Both the position numbers and the translations under genes were made by a program. A DNA stretch of 64,000 nucleotides from assembly GCF_026210795.1 (NCBI RefSeq), contig NC_089435.1, forward strand, positions 2,852,001-2,916,000, read 5' to 3'. Origin of the DNA: Rhizophagus irregularis (lineage: Eukaryota). This document shows positions 49,606-60,894 of the stretch, in pieces. The notes beneath the pieces are model-generated. The model did not search any database. It was not told where the DNA came from and was given only the letters and a program-made list of their open reading frames with translations. Within the stretch, counting starts at the first letter, position 1. Each line of letters starts with the position of its first letter.

Positions 49606-50091
49606 AATGTTTAAAATAATTGAAGCATTAAACTTGTTACACGATTACTGTAACGTTGATAATAAAAGTTTATAAATAAGGAATATTTAAAAGAATTTTA
49701 GAAACACTAATAATAATTTTAACTTACGCAAACCTAATTTAAAATATTTTAATATGAATAAGAAATTTCTTTATTTGTTAAAAATGAAAAGAAAGAGCTG
49801 ACAGAAAGCGTTAAATTTATAAATTCTTCATAGAAAGTCGAAACAAATATTGTTAATTAGAGATTTAAGTGAATCAATTAATTTAATGCTTCCTGTCAAC
49901 TCTTCTTTTCATTTTAACAAATTAAGAAATACTTATTCATATTAAATATTTTTAAATTAAGCTTTACCTCAGTTAAAATAATTATTGATGCTTTCAAAAT
50001 TATTTTAAATGTTCCCTATTTATAAACTCTTATTATCGACTTTAACAGTAATTGTGTAACAAGTTTAATATTTCAGTTATTTTAAAACATT
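49606..50091. repeat. ~490-bp fold-back inverted repeat (arms ~220 bp, loop ~45 bp)
   Basis: 49606-49826 is an imperfect reverse complement of 49871-50091 (e.g. ATTAAACTTGTTACAC/GTGTAACAAGTTTAAT and TTAATATGAATAAG/CTTATTCATATTAA). No TSD seen. Confidence 0.9.
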
Positions 50092-52415
50092 AATAGATTA
50101 ATATTATATATCTTGCTAATTATTTATCAGAAAGTTATTTGAACTAATAAATATGTTTTGGCCACTAATTCTGTTTCTTCTGCTAACGGTTCTTCTCCCG
50201 TGGTGTTCGATCCTACAGCTTTCACGATTGAACTCTATTCCTAGCATTGCTATATATATCTCCAATCCCGATATTCTCTTCCTTTCGTTTCTTGGGAGTC
50301 TGGTTTAATATTAACGGCTCTCGAGGCTTTAGAATGAGTTCTGGTTATAATTCTTTTTATTTGTTTGAAATAAATTTATATAATGGGATTAAAAAAAAAC
50401 TATTTGCGCAATAAAAAACATTTTCGTAGTCACGTGAAATTGACTGTAAATAATCATTAATTATGAAGATGAAAATAAAACTCAAATATAGTATTATGAA
50501 GAGCAGGCGTCATAGTATTAATGTTAAAATTTACATATTAATCATAAATCATTTACATTTTCGTTGAATCAAACTGGAAATAGCTCAGCCTAACAAATTC
50601 TTAAAAATAAAATCTTTTGTTTAAAGAACCAGTCTTTTTCGCCAATGATACGTCGATAATTTGAAGCATGATAAATAATAAAAACGTTCATTAATTAAAA
50701 AATTCTGTTGAGAAGTATCTCAGACCAGATTTGGCATTTTCCGGATTTATTTTCGCATTTTTGTATCTTCAAACAAATGCTCTGCGGAAAAAATTCTACA
50801 AATATATCAAGTTTATTATGATGTAATAATAAACTTCATTTATAACTTTTTTATTAGTTCTAAAAACATGCAGAGTCTTACCAAAGATGAAATCATGTTA
50901 TCATTGGTATAATTCGCTAACGCCAAACAAACGTGATCATCACAATCGACTTAATCGATTTCCTAATACATAAACAAATATTTGTTCTAAAACAGGTTTT
51001 TGAAACAAAAATTAATAATCGTGTAAGACATAATAAGAGTCATTGCTGCAGGGAATTATTTTGAATTACAAACATTAAAGTTGATATCATAAAACGGATC
51101 GGATTAAAGAATTAAGAGTTGATTAGATACGATTTTCTTTTTAAATTTTTTAAATAAATATTTTACGTATATGTATTTAAAAAAATGTAGAAAATGGCTA
51201 TTAATTCATCAGTCAAATTTGTTTTGACTATACAAATTTCATTAATCTCTATAAAAGAGTTAAAATTTTTTTGACTCATTGTGAAAATTTGTTAATTTAC
51301 TTAATGCTGGCTGAATACTTATAATGCTGACGGAGAGCTTCATAGGTTCCACAAATATATAAATTGCAACAACTTCGTGAACATTTAATTAATGATGTTA
51401 TTTGCAGAAAGCAAAATTATATGAATCATACGGTGCTAAACTTTTATATATACATAACATGAATGAACTTAAGTCCCTTTTAACTCTTTGTCATTTTGGC
51501 TTGGCGTAACCGCGTAAGTAATCCACATTTAGAAATCTATATTTATGTAAATTTTTCAGATTGACTGATTATATAGAAATTTTGCGGGTATTGAAGTTTT
51601 GAGAATTTTAAACTGAAGATCATGCATGTTACTATTGTTACTTATTTACGATTTTACGCAATACGCCATAGAAAATTGGCTACTTACCGCAGCGAGATAC
51701 TCAACACGTGCGATCATCTTTTTATGATTAATATAGCTGCGATATCGGTAAACGATCAATGACATCAACGTGATTAATTAAAAATCGGATAATTAATTTT
51801 TTAAAAAAATCCGTAATAATTAAAATAATTTCAGAGTTTCTTAAATTTACATTTTTAACAGGATATGTAAAATATTAAAGTAATATTAGAATTAACTTTA
51901 TTATATTTTTGGATAAATTTATTAATTCTTTGAATTTTTCAATACGGCTTTATTAAATTTTAATCAGTCACTTTATTATGAAGCACAAACTTATAAATTC
52001 AAAAAAATTATCTTAAAAAAAAAATTCCACTCCCAAAATTCCAAAAAATCTCTAATTTTTAAATGTTTACACTAAAAAAAAAAAATAATAAAAAATCAAT
52101 AATAATTTTAAAATAGGAACGTTCTGAACGTTACAAGAAAGAAAACCAGAAGGGTTCAATTTCTAAACAAAATTCCAGTTCAAGTCCAAAAAAAAAAGAT
52201 ATTAATAACTGAATGCAGAAATAGTTATTAAAAATCTATGTAAGAATTCATTAACTGTCTAACGGCTACTTTATTCCAAATTTTTAAGGATTTGTTTCAG
52301 AGAAATCCAGGAGCTGTGAGGGAAGGAAATACCTTAAAAAGGAAAATTTTAATTTACCTAAAGAATTATTAAAATCGTAGTCATTTCTAAAAAAAGAAAA
52401 AGAAAAGTACATAAT

Positions 52416-52476
52416 AGTTATGGTTGGGGTAAAATATCGGTCACCCCGAAGGATGACACTTTTATCCACCATAACC
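52416..52476 (-). other. Stable RNA-like stem-loop closed by a cUUCGg tetraloop
   Basis: Minus strand reads GGUUAUGGU GGAUAAAA GU GUCAUCC-UUCG-GGGUGAC CGAUA UUUUACCC CA ACCAUAACU. Confidence 0.5.
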
Positions 52477-54040
52477 AATAATTAGGTTATTGCGTCAGTA
52501 ACGCAGCTATTATTATTGTAACTAAACTGTAAAACTTATTAAAGATTAATTTGCAGTCATATTTATTAAACCGATAAAAAAAAATATCAATTATTTAGTC
52601 CGTCAAAATCAGGATCCGCATCGAAATAGGCGTAGCACACATTATTAGTATCACGTTATTTGACAGGTGATATACATAAAAAATATTTGGACAGAGTTTT
52701 GGAGAAAAATAATTGTTTTCTGTCATATACTCATGTCTATTATATTTTTGCATGATCCTAATAGACCGACCAATAAAATAAATTATTGAACCAACCGAAA
52801 ATTTTGTAGAAAATAAATGCGGCAAGCCAGAAATGTGGTCAATGTACATTAATTTTCTGTTATAAACGGTTTTAATTTTGATTTCTTTTGATTATTTTGC
52901 TTTCTTTTGTTTATTTTATTTTCTTTTGTTTATTTTGTTTTCTTAATTTTATTTTATTTTCTTTGTTTCTTTTGTTTCTTTGTAATTGATGTCGATCACA
53001 ATAACATATCAGCATTACGACATTACGGGTAATGCCGTAATGCGTATAATAACGTATATATCGCTACGCCACAAAATTTTTTTGTTTAGAAAAATATGTA
53101 CATAATGGCAAATTTTTTGTAGACAAATGATGAGAAATTTCAAAAATTTAACAAATTGTAGTGGTTTAACAATGGACGGAAATGATATAATGAGATATAT
53201 CCTTAATCCTTAGTTTCAGACTTTTTCCAAGAATTTTCCATATAGAAAAAATCCTAATTTACCGACATAGGTGTGTAACATTCCAACCGAATTTTCAGAC
53301 CTTCTTAATGGAAAGAAATAGAATTCTATAGGATCGTTTCTAAGTTTCAACCTAATCCGAATAGGTTATTTCTCGGGTGTATTAAAATGCATCACTTTCA
53401 AAAATTTCCTATTTCTATTGTCCAATTACAGTTAGTTACCATTTTTTAATGTGATCGGCAATTAACCCATTCCCATTTTAGAAATCCTAATAACAATAAT
53501 AAATAACAATAACATTTTTTTTTTGTGATTGACAAAAGCGTTATAAATTTACCCATTTACCCAGAAAAAAAAAAATTAAAAGCATTATAAATAGAAAACG
53601 TTTTTTCGATTTATTTTTTCTTTTCTTTCTTTTCTTTCTTTCTATTTTAACAAACAAAAACAAACAAATAGTATGCTGTCCCTTTCAAAAATTTCCTATT
53701 TCACTTAAATTACGTATTTCTATATTTTGTCATTTTAGCTAGTTTTTGTTATAATGCCATTTTTTTTAATGTGATCGGCAAAATCATTGTTCTTTTTCTT
53801 CTATTTAACGGATACGTATGCGTCACTTTCAACATTCTCTAAATTACGTATTTCTATGATTTTTCCATTACTATAAAAATGTGATTGATAAAAACATGTA
53901 TAAATAGAATGCTCGAATTGCATTTTTTTTTGTTTCCATTTTTTTTTTTATTCAATAAAGAAAAAACTAAATATATATATCGTATAAATAAATAAGTAAT
54001 AATAGAATTAAATAAATAACTTACTATATACATATACCTG

Positions 54041-55622
54041 ATGATTTATGATAAACTGTTACAAAATTTATCTCATATTTTACTTGAGATGTTGAAAGAT
54101 GAAAAATATTGTGATGTTACTATTGAAGTTGGTAATAACCCTTATGTAAAAATATTTCGAGCTCATATGATCATATTATGTTATCGTTCTTCTTATTTGC
54201 AAAAAATCCTGTTAACTAATAAAAAGAAAAATGATGATGAAACTTTGTCACATAGTATTAAATTACCAGATATTTTACCTGAAATTTTTCAAATAATTTT
54301 AAAGTAAGTATACAATTGAATATTAGTCATTTTGTTTAAATCGTGTAATAATTGTTTTTTTGTTTTATATTTTTAGATATATCTATAGTGGAATAATTTC
54401 ATTGGATGAATATGAACCCTCAGTTATCATTAAAATTTTAATCGCTGCTAATAAACTTTGCCTGAAAGAATTAATAATTTTTCTACAATGCTTTTTGATT
54501 GAAAAAAGATCAGATTGGATGGAATTAAATCCTAGTTATATATATAGATTAAGTTTTGAAAATAATTCTTTTACAGAACTTCAAAAATATTGTGATTATT
54601 TAATATCTAAGGATCCAGATAAAATATTCAAATCATTAGATCTCTCTTCGACTCCAGAAAAACTTTTGGTCAAACTTATTCAAAACGATAAACTTCAAAT
54701 GAGTAAAATACAAGTCTGGGAATATGCGCTTAAATGGGGACATGCTCAAAATCCAGAACTTCCTTCAGATCTTAAAAATTTTTCAAAGAAAGATTTTAAA
54801 ACTTTAAAGAATAGTTTACAACGATGTATTCAACTTATCAAATTTTATAATTTAACTTTAGAAGAATTTTCAGATAAAATATTACCTTATAAAAAGATCT
54901 TTCCAAAAGAATTATATGAAGATTTATCAAAATATTTTTCGAATCTTGATAAGAAATCAATTAAAGAACCGGAACCTTATGTAATTAAAGATGTTAAAGA
55001 AGATTGTTTAAAAAATATTGATTCGAAAATTATTACATTTCAACACGCCGAATTAATATTAAAATGGATTAATACGAACAACTCAAGTATGTTTACTTCA
55101 ATATTTTCAAAATGGATTTATAATACTGAGGATACTAATACAACTATGAATATTAATACAGATATGAACACCAATATTAATGCATCTACTAATACTAATA
55201 TGTTCAAATTATTACTTCGTGGAACTCGGGATGGATTTACACCTGAAAAATTCCATAAAATCTGTAATAACAAGTCTCATACTGTAACGATTATTAAAGT
55301 GAAAGGTAGCAATGAAATTCTTGGAGGATATAATCCTAACACATGGAAATCTAATGATATGTATGATGATACTAAAGATAGTTTTATATTCTCTTTTAAG
55401 AATAATTTAGATATTGAAAATCATATTTTAAGTCGTATAAAAATCGATCAGTTAGCTACATATAATGGTATTGATATGGGTCCATCATTCAGTGGTAGTG
55501 ATCTTACTTTAAGTAATAACGTGGGTAGGAGTATTAAAATTACTTATGAAAGACCGATTAGAGAAATTACTGATGATTTTTTAGTAGAAGAGTATGAAGT
55601 ATTTGAAATTATAAGAGATTGA
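54041..55622 (+). CDS. BTB/POZ-BACK-TLDc domain protein (intact, 2 exons)
   Basis: Exon 1 54041-54303, GT-AG intron, exon 2 54377-55622 in frame. Motifs YCDVTIEVG..P..KIFRAH, LLLRGTRDGF, ILGGYNP, GPSF and VEEYEVFEI. Confidence 0.92.
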
Positions 55623-56520
55623 TGCTCGTAGATCTATTTTTGGCTAGTTCAGGCAAACCGTCATCCAGATCATACTTTTTTTATTATTTAATAAAATATC
55701 AATCTTTTTATACACTTTTGTTAATAAAATATGTTTTTTTATTTTTTATAATATAATAATATTTTAATATATAAATTTATATACTGTAACTAAAAAAATT
55801 CGTAAGTCGTAACATGTTTAGATTACGCTCTGTATAAATAATTTTTAATTGTGTAACGTATGAACGTCTGCGCCTAGTTAAACAATTTGATTTGATACTA
55901 ATAAGCAATAGCTGATTAACTTAAATAGGTTAATAATCTTTTTTCCTCTAGCTTAGTGATGACTGGGTATTACTAATAAAATTTAGTATTAATTTGTTCA
56001 AAAAAAAAAAGATAAAAAAAATATATACCGCCAACTATATTGTTATAAAAATTATTTTAGTTTACTTTTTAAAAAAGAATCTTTTCTAACAATCAAATGA
56101 TTACGTGGATTTTGTAAGTGATTGATTATAAATTTGATATACATTTGATTGTACTATTTTATCGTTTTTTGATGGATGAAATTAGCTTTGTGAATTTTAT
56201 GAGAATATGAGTGGAGACCTGGATTTAAATATATAATTTTATAACTAGGATAAATATTTCTTTGATTTCTGTTAATAAATAATAAATATTATAATTATAT
56301 TATTTATTTGATCGGGTGGATAATCTCTAATTATTTTGATCGACGAAAAAAATTTACGTTGTAAGTTTTTTTTTTTTCAAAATGAGAATTATCTATCATA
56401 ATTGTATTTATTATATTTATTAGTAACTATAATTAAATAAAAAAAAAATAAATTTTTTGATGATAATCAACGACTTTGATTTTACGTAAAGAGAGAATTT
56501 TTTTATTATGTGATTTTTTT

Positions 56521-56772
56521 TAAGACAATTTCATTTTCACAAAAAAAAAAAAATTACTGTAGATCAAAAATGAAAGTGATTTCCAAATTTCATTTTGGAA
56601 ATTTTTTTTTTTGAATTTTCAAGACAGTTTCATTTTTACGAAAAAGAAAAAAAAATTAGGTCAAAAATGGAAAGTGATTTCCATTTTCATTTTGTGAATT
56701 TTTTCAAGAAAACTTCATTCTTGCGAAGAGAAAAAAAAAATATTTAGATCAAAATTGGAAAGTAATTTCCAT
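56521..56772. repeat. Three degenerate tandem units (~85-100 bp)
   Basis: AAGAC/AA..TTCATT...TAG(A/G)TCAAAA.TG(G)AAAGT(G/A)ATTTCC repeated three times. Confidence 0.75.
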
Positions 56773-57072
56773 TACTAATGAAAAAAAAAAATTTTAAAAA
56801 ACGTTAGCTTCACTCATAGTCTCATACTAAACTATATCCGTCCAAATTGGTAATTATGGTTAGATCAATTGCATAAACTATTCTATATAAATACTAAAAA
56901 TGCGCCCAATTTTTTAATTATGATCAATTCGGTACACGAATAATTTGTTGTTTTTAAAAACCTTAATAATGATCGTGACAAATCATTTACATAAAACACA
57001 TATTATTAATCATAATCATATATATTGTGAAACATATTGCATTTTTTTTTATTTTATTCTTTCAAAATTATA

Positions 57073-57385
57073 ATGATTGATAATAAACTATTGCAAAATT
57101 TATCTTGAAATTTTGGATGACGACGAATATTACGATATTATTATTGAAATTTCTTATGTAAAAATATTTCGTACTAAAGGTCATTTTGTATTATCGTTCT
57201 CTTTATTTACAAAGAATTCTGTCAACCAATAAAAAAGAAAAGCAATAGAACTTCGATATATATTAAATTACCAAATATTTTACCTGAAATTTTTCAGAAA
57301 ATCTGTACTTTCCTTAAAAGAATATGAAACTTCAGATATTATTAAAGTCTTGATTGCCGCTAACGAGCTTAGTCTTCAGAAATTT
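57073..57385 (+). pseudogene. BTB-domain gene 5' fragment
   Basis: Degenerate copy of exon 1 and the start of exon 2 of 54041 (MIDNKLLQNLS*, DDEYYDIIIE, YVKIFR, LPNILPEIFQ). Confidence 0.8.
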
Positions 57386-57840
57386 TTAATTTAAAACGAG
57401 AAATACTAGACTTTGTAAGTTGTCCACGTGATATAATTGATTATTTCAACGAAATTATTACATCGGCATGGCAACATGAAATCGTAAACGTCCAACAACA
57501 CATAAATTTTATTTACTTTAATGTAAATGATTGCTGTTCAGACTTCAGAGTAAAAGTTTTTATACCAGGGTGACGCAAAGTAATACATATCCGACCGGAA
57601 ATTTTTTTCTTATATATTTATATAATTGACCAATAAAAAATTATCTTATAATATCATGTGATAAACCTAATTTAATTTCTTCTTCGATTGATTTGGTGAT
57701 CTCAAATGAACGAAGTGATTGACAAATTAATGATGCAGCAATATCGGAGTCCTAACTCCGAAAAAGAATTTAAATTTACCACAAATCAAACTTTAAATAA
57801 AAACCTCACCTTCTCTTTCTCTCTCTTTTCACTTAAAAAT

Positions 57841-59455
57841 ATGGCATGTTCAAAAATATTTTCAGAAGGAGGATTATCCGAATTATTGAGCGATATTATG
57901 CAATATTTTCGGAATGATTTTTCAACATTACACTCTTGTATCTTAGTCAATAGATTATGGTGTCATTTAGCAATTCCATTATTATGGGAAAATCCATTTT
58001 CAATTGTATCACGTACAAATTATAATAACATTAAATATCATAAAATTCGTTTTATTGAAACTTATTTGATTAATTTAAATGATAATGATAAAATAAAATT
58101 AAATGAATTTTGTATAAATCGTTTAATTCCTTCAAATACATTATTTAATTATCCTACATTTAGATACACTTATAATTAGTGATTGTATTGAAAAATGGGT
58201 TGCAGCTGCTGTTAATACACATAATTCAGATTTCGTAAAATTCATTCATAAATCATTAATTAAAATATTTATTGAAAATAAAGCAAAATTATATATTTTT
58301 AATGGTATATATCATAATAAATATTTTGATGAATCAATTTTACAAAGTTCACATTTCATTTATAATATCAAAATTCTTTATCTTAAAATTAATATTCCTT
58401 TATTAAAATTTTTAAGTTCTAATTGTGAATCAATTACATCACTTTACATTTTAAGTTTTGTTAAACATAATACAACTATTGAATATCATTTATCACAATT
58501 AATTAAATCACAACAAAATCTTAAAAAAATTTGCTTTATTCAAGAATTTCCTCCAATATTATTAAATTCTAATAATCGTTTAAACACTTTAAACACAATT
58601 ATATTTCGTAATATTGATTTTAAAAATATACATATTTTAAATGAAGTATTTGAACAATTAAATGTTTTAGAATCTATTCATATTATTAATTGTTATTCTT
58701 TAGATTCTAATTTTATTCAACAAATAATTAATTTAACTAAACCATTTAAATTAAAATCTTTATTTATAAATAGAATATTTGAGTCAATAGAATTGTTATT
58801 ACAAAAATCTGGAGATTATTTAGAAAATTTTGGTTTATCATTTGAACTTACATATTGTGAAGATTCACAGCACCTTGAATTAATTAAATTAATTACAAAT
58901 TATTGTACTAAAATTAAATTCCTTGAATTAACTGGATTTAATGATAATAATCAGATTATTTATTCAACATTCAACTTAATTGAAACCATTAAACAAAACC
59001 TTAATTATCTTACTATTGATATAAATTACGATTATACGTTTGGTTTAAACAATAGATATACTGAACTTAGCTCAATTGTATTGCAAAATTTAGGTCAAAT
59101 TCTTCCTTTTAAATTAGAATATTTAGATTTGATTCTTACTATGAATACAAATGATCTTGAAATATTTTTGATAAATTCTCAAAATACTTTTATCAAGAAA
59201 TTATTATTTTTTAATATAACAAATGGAACAAGAAAAAAAGTTGGACAAGACAATATCTTATATAATATAGAAGATTATATCATGGATATGAAAAGAGTTA
59301 AATACTTTGCTTTTCTAAATCAATTCACTGATGAAGAAGAAAAAGAAGAATTGTTTTATATGATTGATAAAGTAGAGGAATTTAAGTTAAATAATATAGT
59401 AGTCCAAAATTATAATGATTTGAAAATTGAATTTTTCGATTTGTTAAAAGAATAG
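57841..59455 (+). pseudogene. F-box/LRR (RNI-like) gene with a single frameshift at ~58156
   Basis: F-box MACSKIFS...DFSTLHSCILVNRLWCHLAIPLLWENPF. After NYP the other frame (HLDTLIISDCIEKW...) is open continuously into ORF 58793-59455. Confidence 0.85.
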
Positions 59456-59920
59456 ATTAATTATTAATGGAAAATATTTATATTAGATAGCAGATTTACA
59501 TAATAAAGATATTTATTTGCCTGTATACCTATACATAATAAAGCTGCGGTCCATCAGAATTTTATATTATTTTAATCAGATGTGTATTTTGTTTGCCCAA
59601 AAAAAAAAAGTTTCATCCAGATAATTTAATAAAAAATTTATTTTCCTCTTAAATATAAATTAAGGCAAAAGATTATAATATTATTCAATAATGTACCGAT
59701 TTATTTGTGATTGCCATAAAATTTATAATTGAATTATTATCGTAATGGTTATTATAATTTTTTTTTGATAAATAATTTTATTATATAATTATTTAAATTA
59801 CAAACTATTAAGAAACTTGTAAAGCATATTTTTACTACTCTAGTCTTAGGGTTTAAATAATTCAAAATAAATCAAAATATCCAAAGCATTAGCGAAAGAC
59901 TATTACCATACTGAACTAGC

Positions 59921-60262
59921 TAGTGTTTCAACCCGTTTACCCACAATTCGTATCTACGGACGGATATCCACCATTTACGGTTATCCAGGTAGGATTTTTT
60001 AAATGGATACGGATGATAAATGGATACGGATGAGAGGATTGGAGGATATCTGTACAGATCATCCAGATTATCTGTATCACTAACGGATTATCTTCTAATT
60101 TCGTTAGATCCTTCAATTCTTTAACCACCTGGCTTCGGAGACAATAGTAGGTTAACTTTTTTTATTTCTTTTTTTCATTACCTTTTTTTGTTTTTTTCAC
60201 TAATTTTGTTTTTCTTCTTTAGATCCTTCAGTTTTTCGGCCACTTAAACTTTGGAAACACTA
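59921..60262. mobile_element. hAT-type MITE (8-bp TSD)
   Basis: TIRs TAGTGTTTC/GAAACACTA. TSD GAACTAGC at 59913-59920 and 60263-60270. GGATA(C) subterminal repeats. Confidence 0.85.
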
Positions 60263-60894
60263 GAACTAGCAAAATTTGGTTTAACCTTGTTTTTGTCCCT
60301 GTTACAATGATTGACAATTTTATTTCCTTTTTTTTGAATATGTATCGTATCATGATTTATATAACTCTACCTATTTTGACCCCTGAAACATGCCAAATAA
60401 ATAAATGAGTTGTAGATCACGTAACACTTGCAAGTTATTGCAACGTGAACGTTTTCCATTTTCCTAGTAATATCGTTAGTTATTACCAAAGGAATATTTA
60501 AAAATTCTTTTTTACTTTATTTATTTAATTATTTTTTTTTATAAATTACTCATTATCTCTTAATAATATTTGATTCTATATATATATAAAATTACGTATT
60601 TTGATTGGTATTACAATTGCTGATCATTTTGTGTTTAATGCAAAATTTTTATTAATCAACTTAAGTAAATCCTCAGAATCTGAAAAATAGTGTTCAGAAA
60701 ATATGGTACCAAAGAAATTCAGAGTTTCGGAGTTTCAGACTGCCAATCAAAATGATTTACATCAAAGAATAGTAATACAAACCTGAAACAATATGATTTC
60801 TACTTTTGGTTAAATTATTTCTTTTTAGTGCATGATATAAAAAATAAATGGTCTTAAAAAAAATTTATTTAAAAAAATTTTTTTTTTCAGTAAA

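Noticed and set aside
50140..50350. Higher-GC coding-like patch on the minus strand
   Set aside because: Stops interrupt the frames I read and no family was recognised; too short to call.
53396..53910. Short direct duplications upstream of the intact BTB gene
   Set aside because: Look like ordinary local promoter duplications; no further structure.
56270..56420. Weak inverted symmetry around ~56358
   Set aside because: Mostly A/T runs, too degenerate to distinguish from chance, and lacks the 16-mer.
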